From IMG/VR virus record IMGVR_UViG_2671180724_000008: 64,000 bases of DNA. One strand, written 5' to 3'. The translations under genes and the position numbers were made by a program. Below the pieces are notes generated by a model. That model was not told the DNA's origin and did no database searches. It saw only the letters and a program-made list of their open reading frames with translations. This document shows positions 55,596 through 64,000 of the stretch, piece by piece (position 1 is the stretch's first letter; each line of letters starts with the position of its first letter). This DNA comes from a virus (taxonomy: Duplodnaviria > Heunggongvirae > Uroviricota > Caudoviricetes).

Positions 55596-56170
55596 GTGGT
55601 GAATGCACAGGCTGATGTGCCGCAACTACAGTAGTGCGCGCTTTGCGGGGCTTGCTACAACCCTGTGTCGGAGATCAGCGCCGACCATCACAATTTGGCT
55701 CTCTTGCAACAGCATAACGCTGAAATATGTCCAACCTGGTGCGGCCTGTTCACCCGCCGTTAGCTCCACGAAACGGAGCGCACAACAGATAAGAGAACTT
55801 CCCATATGGGGCTTGGCTTAAATGCATCGAGTTCTCTTATCGCTGTGTCACAGACAAATTTCCGACAGCCCTGTTTATCATCGGACGCAACCTAAAAGGT
55901 CGAGGCAAAGCCAGGTAATAGCGGAGGGAGTGACACAGCACACAACAGGTAAGAGCATTTGTAGAGTTCGACTCTCTACCGTGGGCTTTTTCCCGCGATG
56001 CGAGCCATAAATGCTCTTTCCGTTGTGGTGGATTCGCAGACTGATGCGATAGCTTTCTTGGATGTTAGGGAAATGCGGCCGCAAATCTTCCCTTTCGCGA
56101 GCGGTGATCGTCCGTAGTCCTAATTGGCTGCACCGTATGCCGGAGATTCAGTACCGGCCACCACAACGGC

Positions 56171-56257
56171 CGGAGAGTAGGGAGCATGGTGCTCAAGCGG
56201 TCTTGAAAACCGTCCCATTGTGCAAACGATGATGGTTCGATTCCATTACTCTCCGCC
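56171..56257 (+). tRNA. tRNA-Ser (anticodon TGA) with long variable arm
   Basis: Acceptor GGAGAGT/ACTCTCC, anticodon loop CTTGAAA, T-loop GGTTCGATTCC, encoded CCA. Confidence 0.8.
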
Positions 56258-56260
56258 AGA

Positions 56261-56336
56261 CACAGCGTTGAGCGGTTTGGCCTTTTAATCAACTCGATTA
56301 AGACTCCGCTAACATAAACCAGACCGCTCAACGCTG
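56261..56336. repeat. 19-bp-arm inverted repeat immediately 3' of tRNA-Ser (acagcgttgagcggtttgg / ccagaccgctcaacgctgt)
   Basis: Read directly; one mismatch, 38-nt loop. Confidence 0.6.
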
Positions 56337-56414
56337 TGATAGACAATTACGGCAGACGTTCTTAACCATAGCTTGCTAACATCCTAGCAACACTTTTTTT
56401 CAGCGCAAAATTCA

Positions 56415-56436
56415 AAGGGGCTTCGGCCCCTTTTTT
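56415..56436. terminator. Bidirectional rho-independent terminator
   Basis: ggggc ttcg gcccc hairpin with A-run upstream and tttttt downstream; sits between the tRNA region and the end of the minus-strand gene. Confidence 0.7.
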
Positions 56437-56453
56437 GAAAGCAATGGGCAAGT

Positions 56454-57788
56454 TCATGCCAAATTATCCAGATTTCTTTTCTTTTTTTCAATTATATTTC
56501 TCGCGCCAGAAAAAATTTTACTCAAAATAATTGATTTGCTTGCTCTATTATTAAGATGTAACAACGCGCTATAAAATACATAGTTATCTATTTTACTATT
56601 TAAAGTATTCCCAAGCTTCCCGTTATATGTGCTATTAATAGTATTAAAATATACATGTTCAGGACCTATATTACAAATACCCCTATCAACTCGCTTTAAA
56701 TAATGTTTAACTAAAGAAATAGCATCTTCCTTATCATTAATAACATAAAGTCCTGAGCGTTTACCTAGCTTGCTGTCCGAGAATAATTTATAACCAACAA
56801 GTTCATTTAACGTATTATCCACTTTTGTCAACTCTTTGTTGGCAATCTCCAAATAATACTCAATCTCTTTCTCCATATTACTTATTAAAGAGTTAAATTC
56901 TGCTCGTAACAAATCACCACCAGGTGATTTATAACTCCATAAAATTGAATTGGTAATACGTACTACGTCAGATACTTCTGGTTTCTCTGAATAGTTTTTG
57001 TATCTAGTGCAAATAATGCTGTGCTTTATATATTCTCTAACTAATGATCGATAATCCCTTTCGAAAAGGTTTTTGACATCTAGTCTTCCATTGCTTGTTG
57101 TTATTAAGGTGGTGTTTAAAACTGGGTCGCCTTCAAAAAAATTATATTTATTTAGTAATCGTTTTAGCTTGTGTGAATTATGTGATGTTTCGCCATAATA
57201 ATTTATCCCAAAAATAGCAATTATTAGCATAACATCAGGAGTGATGAAATGTCGTAATTGCTCGGCATAAACTTTTTTATCTTCGATTTTCGAAGATGGA
57301 GAGTAAAAACCTTTGTCTATATATTCTAATATTGAAACAATATTACTAACATAACGTATAAAAACTTGATTCATTACAACGGAATCATAAACCTGATGCA
57401 AATAATCTACTCTCAAGTTGTTTTTTATTTTTTCCCCTGTACTAGATGATAACTCTTCTTTTACCTGCCCAAGTAGCTTTTCGTGGTGCTCCAGCAATGT
57501 TTTAAACCATTGTTCAAATGATGATTTTCTTGCCTCAGTTAATGAATCTGATGTTATCTGGACAGCTTTCATAGCTGCTTTCGCACTTTTCTTTGCTTCA
57601 TAAGCGTTCCATGCTGAAGCACAAAAAGCTGCCGCCGTGATGCAACTGGTAAAAATAGAAATCCTATCTGCAACATTCAAGCTCCAGAACCAATCAGACG
57701 ATGAAATCAAAACCACAGATATTACGGGAACAATGAAAATCAAAACAGGCATGTATGTACTCGCTCTAATAGTTATTAGTCGAGGCAA
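56454..57788 (-). CDS. Low-GC 444-aa membrane-anchored protein of unknown function (candidate abortive-infection or defence cargo)
   Basis: Two N-terminal transmembrane segments then a large Lys/Asn/Tyr/Ile-rich soluble domain; strongly AT-rich codon usage unlike the rest of the element; own promoter and terminator. Confidence 0.6.
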   Translation of the reverse strand: MPRLITIRASTYMPVLIFIVPVISVVLISSSDWFWSLNVADRISIFTSCITAAAFCASAWNAYEAKKSAKAAMKAVQITSDSLTEARKSSFEQWFKTLLEHHEKLLGQVKEELSSSTGEKIKNNLRVDYLHQVYDSVVMNQVFIRYVSNIVSILEYIDKGFYSPSSKIEDKKVYAEQLRHFITPDVMLIIAIFGINYYGETSHNSHKLKRLLNKYNFFEGDPVLNTTLITTSNGRLDVKNLFERDYRSLVREYIKHSIICTRYKNYSEKPEVSDVVRITNSILWSYKSPGGDLLRAEFNSLISNMEKEIEYYLEIANKELTKVDNTLNELVGYKLFSDSKLGKRSGLYVINDKEDAISLVKHYLKRVDRGICNIGPEHVYFNTINSTYNGKLGNTLNSKIDNYVFYSALLHLNNRASKSIILSKIFSGARNIIEKKKRNLDNLA

Positions 57789-57845
57789 ATATTATATAAA
57801 TCTCGTTATGATTTACAGACATGTATACGTATTGCTAATTATCAC

Positions 57846-57883
57846 CAACAAATGATAGGTGTGTACATATCTATCATTTGTTG
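57846..57883. promoter_or_regulatory. Perfect 13-bp inverted repeat caacaaatgatag / ctatcatttgttg in the divergent promoter region
   Basis: Read directly; lies between the start of the minus-strand 444-aa gene and the plus-strand glutaredoxin gene. Confidence 0.55.
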
Positions 57884-57930
57884 TAAAATTAATGTATACG
57901 CTATGAATACACTAATAATATGAGGTAATC

Positions 57931-58176
57931 ATGACTATCGTTATCTACGGACGAGATAACTGTTCATACTGCAAACGTGCGGTCGAGCTGGCGAAGCAAC
58001 TAAAGGGACATGGCTACGGTGATTATGAGTACATCGACATCACTACTACCGGTATCGATAAGGAAAAACTTAGCGAAATTGTTGGTAAACCGGTAGAGAC
58101 TATACCCCAGGTACTGATCGATGGCCAGCCGATTGGCGGATACACAGAACTGGCTGCATACGTCAGCACCCTCTGA
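57931..58176 (+). CDS. Glutaredoxin (NrdH/Grx-like)
   Basis: 81 aa with CSYC active-site motif near the N-terminus and thioredoxin-fold length. Confidence 0.75.
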   Translation: MTIVIYGRDNCSYCKRAVELAKQLKGHGYGDYEYIDITTTGIDKEKLSEIVGKPVETIPQVLIDGQPIGGYTELAAYVSTL

Positions 58177-58180
58177 TTTT

Positions 58181-58206
58181 AACGGCTCACAGGAGCCGTT
58201 TTTATT
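58181..58206 (+). terminator. Rho-independent terminator after glutaredoxin gene
   Basis: aacggctc acag gagccgtt hairpin plus ttta. Confidence 0.6.
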
Positions 58207-58254
58207 CCCACCAAACTCACTCCCGTTTCCCTTAAAATTCAAAAAACAACGTCA

Positions 58255-58288
58255 AAATGATTCCATACCTACTATGTATGGAATCATT
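58255..58288. promoter_or_regulatory. 13-bp inverted repeat aatgattccatac / gtatggaatcatt (7-nt spacer) upstream of integrase
   Basis: Read directly; the half-site aaatgattccatac also occurs at 54031-54050 and 55046-55063. Confidence 0.55.
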
Positions 58289-58386
58289 CGTGAAAATGAG
58301 TTACTTTTACTCTTGATCCTATAAGAATCTATGCCTAATATACTGTTTACTTATACAGTGAATCGGCGTAACTCGGTGATTGTCAT

Positions 58387-59490
58387 ATGAAAAATAGCTT
58401 TGACAGAGCACGCGCTGCGGAGAACACCTCAAAAGAGGCGATTGAGTATCTCGAAAGAGCATCTCAAATGCAGGCCGTTATGATCTCGCAGGTTAGCAAT
58501 GACATGAGATTCTCGGACGCATTCATGTTATTCACTCGCTTATCTCTGCTTATAACCAGACGTCGGCCAGAGATCGCTGTTCATTGTATTTTGATACATG
58601 TTTTGCCGCACATTGCTGATGTAAAAGTAAGTGACATTAATAGGTTCATGGTGAACCAACTGGTAAACCCACTAATACTGGATGGCAAAATTGTTATGGG
58701 CCGCCGCGTTTTCTCTCTGATGAAGCAGTTCCTTAGCTGGTGCGCCTTCCAGGGGATGATAGACGTGTCACCGTTAAACGATATGTCACTAAACAAAGTT
58801 GCCGGTGGCGCAAAGCCCACACCTCGCGAGCGGAAGCTGACCGACGCAGAGGTATGGGTGTTCTGGAATATATGGGACTACTTCAATGTGTGCGCTGGTA
58901 CAAAATGGGCGGCCAGGCTGTGTCTTGTATCAGCAAGACGACCTGACGAAGTACTGCGGGCTAAAAAAAGTGAGTTCAATCTTAAGCGTGGGGTTTGGAA
59001 TCAAGGCAAGAGAAACAAGTCAGCACGTGAGCATTCGCTGCCTTTAAGCACATTAATGCGCACATGCATTGAAGAGTTGTTCGAATACGGTAAAGACAGC
59101 CAGTGGCTCGTGCCTTCGAATAAAAAAATCGGGAAAGACCTTCCTATGTCTAAAGTGGCAATAGCCCAGGCATTACGTCGTATTCTGGAACGACCAGAAC
59201 TGATGGAGCTTGAGCCATTTACACCCCGAGATTTGCGCCGTACTGCGCGTAGTTACTTCCCAGCATTAGGCATAAGCCAGGAGGTATCACGCAAAATCAT
59301 GAACCACAGTCTTGAGGGGATAGATCGGGTCTACGACCGGCACGATTATATGGACGAGATGCGAGACGCCTTAGAAAGTTTCTCGACGTACATCGCATCA
59401 ATCGTAGAGCAACCGGATTTAGACGAAATTGACCACAAATTCAAGGGAGATCGTCTATCAACAGAGCTTATTCGTGTAAATTTTTCATAG
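58387..59490 (+). CDS. Tyrosine integrase (site-specific recombinase)
   Basis: C-terminal catalytic pattern: Arg in RRPDEV, HSLEGIDRVYDRHDY region with His/Arg and terminal Tyr; 367 aa. Confidence 0.85.
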   Translation: MKNSFDRARAAENTSKEAIEYLERASQMQAVMISQVSNDMRFSDAFMLFTRLSLLITRRRPEIAVHCILIHVLPHIADVKVSDINRFMVNQLVNPLILDGKIVMGRRVFSLMKQFLSWCAFQGMIDVSPLNDMSLNKVAGGAKPTPRERKLTDAEVWVFWNIWDYFNVCAGTKWAARLCLVSARRPDEVLRAKKSEFNLKRGVWNQGKRNKSAREHSLPLSTLMRTCIEELFEYGKDSQWLVPSNKKIGKDLPMSKVAIAQALRRILERPELMELEPFTPRDLRRTARSYFPALGISQEVSRKIMNHSLEGIDRVYDRHDYMDEMRDALESFSTYIASIVEQPDLDEIDHKFKGDRLSTELIRVNFS

Positions 59491-59871
59491 AGACTTTATG
59501 GCCTCAACAACCTTTTGTGATGCGCCTTTCTCTTTACCGAATCGCTCGTTATATGCAGCAAGAACCTGTTTTTCGTCCTCGTTAAGAGGAGCGGTGCCTT
59601 CTTTGTATAAAAATGCTGCGAGTTCAGGTTGGCGTTCTTCCAGCACCATCATCATAAGACGACTTGGCTCAATACCCAGCGCCAGCGCCAGCGGACGAAC
59701 CTTATCGATAGGCAAAGGAATTTTGCCACTTTTAATTAAAGAAAGGTTGTTGGCATTTTTATAACCAATAAGTCTGGCTATTTGGGCCTGACTCATAGGT
59801 GAGGATTCAATCAGCCCTGCGATAAAAGCAGCATAGCGACTTTCTATAAATTCAATCTTGTTGTCAGACAT
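59485..59871 (-). CDS. XRE-family helix-turn-helix transcriptional regulator (CI/Cro-like repressor)
   Basis: HTH segment SQAQIARLIGYKNANNLSLIKSG; convergent with integrase, 6-nt overlap. Confidence 0.75.
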   Translation of the reverse strand: MSDNKIEFIESRYAAFIAGLIESSPMSQAQIARLIGYKNANNLSLIKSGKIPLPIDKVRPLALALGIEPSRLMMMVLEERQPELAAFLYKEGTAPLNEDEKQVLAAYNERFGKEKGASQKVVEAIKSL

Positions 59872-60122
59872 TGTTACAACCTTTGCGCGTTTAATTCTCT
59901 CTGGTAAGTGCTTACCGATATTACATCAAAGGTTAGGGTTGTAAAGCTATTATCATTTTTTTCGGCAGGCACTTGTAAGACCGAGCAAAGGTCCATGCAT
60001 GGAGAAAAACTAGCCCAAAATAGGTAAGAAAATTAACTTGCATCTGATATAGATGTATTCAGTATTGATACAAATTTTAGTAGTATTCCTTACCATAGTA
60101 TAAGTTAGAATGGATTGATTGA

Positions 60123-60335
60123 ATGAAAACCACTATTTCCAGCCTAATCGCTCTTGAGATCGGACACGTACAGAAATTAGCTGATGAGTGTGTAGCTGAC
60201 ATCCTCACCGATCTACCGAATGAGCAGATTCAGGTTGGTGTGAATGACACAACTGGCTTTATATTCGAACTTAACAACAAACGCTTCACGCTTCTCAATA
60301 CCGGCTCCGGGTCTTTAGCCGTCAGAATCTGTTAA
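60123..60335 (+). CDS. Hypothetical small protein
   Basis: 70-aa ORF divergent from the repressor gene. Confidence 0.4.
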   Translation: MKTTISSLIALEIGHVQKLADECVADILTDLPNEQIQVGVNDTTGFIFELNNKRFTLLNTGSGSLAVRIC

Positions 60336-60433
60336 CCCCTCTTCTCCCTGCGCGAATGGCTTAGTTCCCTGTTCGCGCAGTGCTACATTAAACACACTAG
60401 TAAATAATTTGTTTTCATAACAAAGGATTAGCC

Positions 60434-62542
60434 ATGTCTAAAAAACGTTCCATCAAAGAGGTTCAGGACTTCCGTGACAGTGTAAAACGAGTAGTCGCTC
60501 TCCTTTCAGGTAAAAACATCCCTGTTGCAGAACGAGGGGACGACGCTTATGTACGCTATAACGATGATGGAGAGCCAATTCTCGTAAACATCCCATCAAT
60601 CCCGGATAACGCAACACCGGCATTGATGAATGCTGTGCGCGGATTTCTCGATCATGAGGTTGCTCACATTTTGTTTACCGATATTCGTGTGTCCAACAAA
60701 ATGAGAGAAAAAGGACGCGTTCCTTCCTGGTCGCTATGGAATGCCTTAGAAGACGTGTTCATCGAGCGAAAAATGGGGCAGGTCTTTAACGGAACAAGAC
60801 GTAATCTGATGGCAACTCAGCGCCTTATAATCGAAAAAGTCTTTAAACCAAAGGCTTCAGAGGCTATTGCTTATTGTGGCAAAGATCAGCGCGCGCTTTT
60901 TCTAAACTTCTTTCTCTGTCCGGTTGTAAGAGCCTGGGATGGCCAAGCACCGTTCGTAGATTTCATGGATGAATACTGGCCTGTCATTGAGAAACCAATT
61001 TCATTATTAAAAGAACATGGTATCGATGTGGCCGTGCGTAACATGTCTTGCACCGAGGATTGTGTAAAGGTGGCTGCGACCATAGCTAAGATCCTCAAAG
61101 ACACTGAAAGTGAAAGCAAAGGTAAGGAGTCAGCTCCGGGAAAAACTTCCGATCCTTCAGACGCTGACCAGACGGATGCCTCTGGAGAAAACAATGAAGA
61201 CAACGAAGATCATGAGACACCCTCAGCGTTAGATAATCACAAATCTATCGAATCAGAATCACACAGTAAGCACAAACATGATAATAACGACAGTGATGAT
61301 TCAGATAATTCTGAATCATCAGAAACAATATTCGATGATACAGAAAATGATAAAGAGGTATCAGATTCTGATGCTTCTGATAACGCGGCGTCAGAATCAT
61401 TAACCGCTGGCCACGAAAAAAGAAAAACGACAGAAGACGGCTCTTCAGATATTCCAACTCCGTCAAAAATGAGTCTGGAAGAGGCTTTAGAGGAGCTGGA
61501 TAGCATAGAAGATGAAGTCGGAGGCATGACAGAAGATGCTCTATCCGAAACGATTAAAAGCGAGTTAACAGAAAGCTCGAAAAGCGAATACAGGCCATAC
61601 AATCGCTCATACGACTTCATCGGCTCGATTGATCAGGCAGAAGCCCATATCAAACGGCTTATTAAAACATTCTCCGATATTGATTTAGGAGGATATCCAA
61701 TCAGCCGCTATCGCATCGTTCCTGAAGGCAACCAGCTCTTCGACAAATATATTGAAAAGCATCTTTCGTCAGGTGTTTCGTCGACGCTGGCAAAAGACCT
61801 GGAGCGAGCAATAGCAAGCAGAAACAGAGTTCAGTTTATACCGGGCCAGCGTCGGGGGCGCATTCATGGTTCTAGTATCTACAGATTAGCAATGAATGAT
61901 GATCGCGTGTTTCGTAAAAAAGAAGAATCTAAAGCCGTTAACGCCTGTGTTCAACAAGTGATTGATTTATCAGGTTCAATGAGTGGCGAAACGATAAAAC
62001 TAGCTCTTGCAAGTGCATATACCATCGCCGATGCTCTTGATCGAATAAATGTTCCCAACATTATCACCGGCTTCACTACATTTGGCAGTCATCTGGCAGC
62101 GATAGAACTTAAGGCTATCAAGTATGAGTTCTCTCGCTTTGAATCTTTAATGCTACCTATCATCAAAAATTGGAATGAAAAAGCAAATTCTCGCGAAGTT
62201 CGCTCACGTATGGGGTGCGTAGGCTACACATTCCCACTTCTTAATAACGTGGATGGTGAAAGCATAGCCAGCCTTGCATCGTTATTTTCCGGTCGCATGG
62301 AGGACAGGAAGATCATGCTTGTTCTGAGCGATGGCGAGCCGCTGGCTGTTGGGAGAGGTTTTGACGCTCATTTGCGTTCGGTTGCGAAGCAAATTGAAAC
62401 GCAGACTGACATTGATTTGATGGCAATTGGCATCATGACTGACGCACCGGAGAGATTTTACGCAAATCATGCCCTGGTAACGAGCGTTGATAGTCTTGGT
62501 TCATCTGTAGTTACTGAACTATCTCGTATCATTTTGAAGTGA
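60434..62542 (+). CDS. von Willebrand factor A (vWA) domain protein with acidic Ser/Asp-rich linker (CobT-like)
   Basis: C-terminal MIDAS motif DLSGSMSGE; long acidic low-complexity linker around residues 230-330; 702 aa. Confidence 0.7.
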   Translation: MSKKRSIKEVQDFRDSVKRVVALLSGKNIPVAERGDDAYVRYNDDGEPILVNIPSIPDNATPALMNAVRGFLDHEVAHILFTDIRVSNKMREKGRVPSWSLWNALEDVFIERKMGQVFNGTRRNLMATQRLIIEKVFKPKASEAIAYCGKDQRALFLNFFLCPVVRAWDGQAPFVDFMDEYWPVIEKPISLLKEHGIDVAVRNMSCTEDCVKVAATIAKILKDTESESKGKESAPGKTSDPSDADQTDASGENNEDNEDHETPSALDNHKSIESESHSKHKHDNNDSDDSDNSESSETIFDDTENDKEVSDSDASDNAASESLTAGHEKRKTTEDGSSDIPTPSKMSLEEALEELDSIEDEVGGMTEDALSETIKSELTESSKSEYRPYNRSYDFIGSIDQAEAHIKRLIKTFSDIDLGGYPISRYRIVPEGNQLFDKYIEKHLSSGVSSTLAKDLERAIASRNRVQFIPGQRRGRIHGSSIYRLAMNDDRVFRKKEESKAVNACVQQVIDLSGSMSGETIKLALASAYTIADALDRINVPNIITGFTTFGSHLAAIELKAIKYEFSRFESLMLPIIKNWNEKANSREVRSRMGCVGYTFPLLNNVDGESIASLASLFSGRMEDRKIMLVLSDGEPLAVGRGFDAHLRSVAKQIETQTDIDLMAIGIMTDAPERFYANHALVTSVDSLGSSVVTELSRIILK

Positions 62543-62637
62543 TTAAAACAGCCTTAACGATAAGTAACTACTTATGATAGTTAATGATATATTTATATAA
62601 GAAGTTGAACGCTCATTAGAGAACAAAGGAAAAACGC

Positions 62638-63873
62638 ATGACTACTACTGCACTGCAAAATGAAAAAAATCCTTCTGATTACCTTGTTTGCAAGTGGTGC
62701 GGAAAATCATTTCACTATTTTAAGTCCCATGTAGCCTATGGTAATTGCGAGGGCATTCCTGAGTCGGTAAAAGATGCCGATCCTGACACCGTACTGAAAA
62801 TGTACACAACGCAGTTTCCAGATGAACCAACGCTATCGAAAAAGGCACTTGATGCAATTCAAGCTAAACGTGCCGAGCAAAAAAGCGAAATGGCCAAATC
62901 TTCTGGTGTGACCAGTAGCCCAGGCTACATAGGCACAGTTGAGTACAAGACAGATCTGGTCGCAGCTCACGAACTGCTAGACGTAACGGTGGAAGAACTC
63001 GGAACAAAACGTGGGACGCCGCTCATGGTTAGCGTCAACGTCAATACGCCGTTTCCAGAGTTCGTTCCTGAAGTGAAGAAGGGCTACGTATATGGCGACT
63101 TCGAACTGATCAAAGACATTTTCATGATGCTTGAACTTGGCATACCAGGCTATTTGTGGGGACATGCAGGAACAGGCAAATCGTCATTGCCTACACAGCT
63201 ATGTGCTTTGCTCAATCGTCCGTTGATCCGTGCCCAACATACAGCATCAATGGAAGAAGCTCATGTTACGGGTCAAATTCTGGCGCGTGATGGCTCTACG
63301 TATTTCGAGCCAGGCTTGCTTGCGCTCGCAATGAAGCATGGCTGGGTTTACCTCGCGGATGAATACGACTTTGCGTTTCCACAAATTCTTGGCGTGTATC
63401 AGCCAGTGCTGGAAGGTGAAGCGTTGGTCATCAAAGAGGCGACACCAGAATGGCGTCGCATTACTCCGCATAAACGGTTTGCTTTTATTGGCACTGGCAA
63501 CACGAACGGATCTGGTGATGAAACCGGCTTGTACCAGGGTACAAACATCCAGAACGCCGCGAACTTTTCGCGTTTTGGCATCGTTTCGAATGTGAAATAC
63601 ATGAGCAAAGAGGCAGAGATCAACATGTTGATAAATGCCGGCATTGTGGATGAGTACGCTGAAAAGATGGTTAAGTTTGCCGGTATCGTTCGCGATGGTT
63701 ACGAAGAACACAATATCAGCCAACCGATTGGGCCTCGTGAGCTTTTGTTGTCGGCCAAGATTGGAATGATGCGAGGCGACTTTGTGACAGGTATTGAGCG
63801 TTCTTTCATTAACAAACTCCCTTCAGCTTCTGCACAAGCGGCTCGTGAAGTTGTTCAAAAAATATTTGGTTGA
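62638..63873 (+). CDS. AAA+ ATPase (MoxR/CobS-like)
   Basis: Walker A GHAGTGKSS, Walker B VYLADEYD; N-terminal CxxC...C segment; directly downstream of the vWA gene. Confidence 0.75.
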   Translation: MTTTALQNEKNPSDYLVCKWCGKSFHYFKSHVAYGNCEGIPESVKDADPDTVLKMYTTQFPDEPTLSKKALDAIQAKRAEQKSEMAKSSGVTSSPGYIGTVEYKTDLVAAHELLDVTVEELGTKRGTPLMVSVNVNTPFPEFVPEVKKGYVYGDFELIKDIFMMLELGIPGYLWGHAGTGKSSLPTQLCALLNRPLIRAQHTASMEEAHVTGQILARDGSTYFEPGLLALAMKHGWVYLADEYDFAFPQILGVYQPVLEGEALVIKEATPEWRRITPHKRFAFIGTGNTNGSGDETGLYQGTNIQNAANFSRFGIVSNVKYMSKEAEINMLINAGIVDEYAEKMVKFAGIVRDGYEEHNISQPIGPRELLLSAKIGMMRGDFVTGIERSFINKLPSASAQAAREVVQKIFG

Positions 63874-63882
63874 TCGTGCGTA

Positions 63883-64000
63883 AAGGATGTTTCGGCTCTC
63901 TTATCGCTGCTTCTGAAACTGGTAAGGCTTGTCTGGTGTGTCCAGACAAGCCCGATTGTCACCAATCAGCAAAAGAAGTTGCGATTTCGATGCACGGGAA
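63883..64000 (+). CDS. Partial Cys-rich ORF running off the window (GTG start, uncertain)
   Basis: Open frame with C..C...C..C pattern to the last base; too short to classify. Confidence 0.25.

Larger units (their letters stand above)
1525..64000. mobile_element. Large phage-derived element (siphovirus-type prophage or integrated phage-plasmid); left junction near 1525-1555, right end beyond the window
   Basis: Continuous run of phage structural, lysis, replication, partition, tRNA and integrase genes starting right after the metG terminator; gene content resembles large temperate or plasmid-like siphophages (inference, not searched). Confidence 0.8.

Noticed and set aside
55961-55979. T-arm-like hairpin gtagagttcgactctctac as a fifth tRNA
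   Set aside because: No complementary acceptor stem, no anticodon arm and no CCA could be assembled around it.
55283-56346. ORFs 55204-55386, 55283-55465 and 56065-56346 overlapping tRNA genes
   Set aside because: They coincide with well-folded tRNA-Asn, Tyr, Thr and Ser sequences; translation is fortuitous.

Overview
The window opens with the 3' end of a host methionyl-tRNA synthetase gene (metG, E. coli-type) and its terminator. From about 1.5 kb to the end of the window it is one large, mostly plus-strand phage-derived element: a siphovirus-type prophage or integrated phage-plasmid whose right boundary lies outside the window. All calls rest on reading the six-frame translations for motifs and on gene order; no database search was run. 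Left to right: (1) an early region of small unknown genes, each behind a sigma70-like promoter carrying a conserved GAAAACAA-NN-TTGTTTTC operator palindrome, interleaved with repeat-rich non-coding DNA; (2) an AT-rich minus-strand block of small genes ending in an SF2 helicase; (3) two tandem ParB-like proteins, an ABC-type ATPase, a GNAT-like protein and a winged-helix protein; (4) a complete late module (terminase small and large subunits, portal, scaffold, capsid, Ig-like decoration protein, connectors, major tail protein, G/T chaperones with a probable -1 frameshift, tape measure, lambda-like M-L-K-I-J tail tip, repeat-rich tail fiber); (5) low-GC post-fiber genes including a lipoprotein, then a lysis cassette with overlapping spanins; (6) a ParA/ribbon-helix-helix partition pair, a minus-strand GIY-YIG nuclease, and a replication module (DnaB-like helicase, primase, ATP-dependent ligase); (7) three tandem small membrane proteins; (8) four phage-type tRNAs (Asn, Tyr, Thr, Ser) in a hairpin-dense region; (9) a low-GC 444-aa membrane protein, glutaredoxin, tyrosine integrase and convergent XRE repressor; (10) a vWA protein plus AAA+ ATPase (CobT/CobS-like) pair. 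No CRISPR array or rRNA was seen. The strongest candidates for something new are the low-GC membrane protein between tRNA-Ser and the integrase, the two inverted copies of a 55-bp palindrome bracketing the late block, the ParB/ATPase/GNAT cluster, the GIY-YIG nuclease, and the vWA/AAA+ pair.
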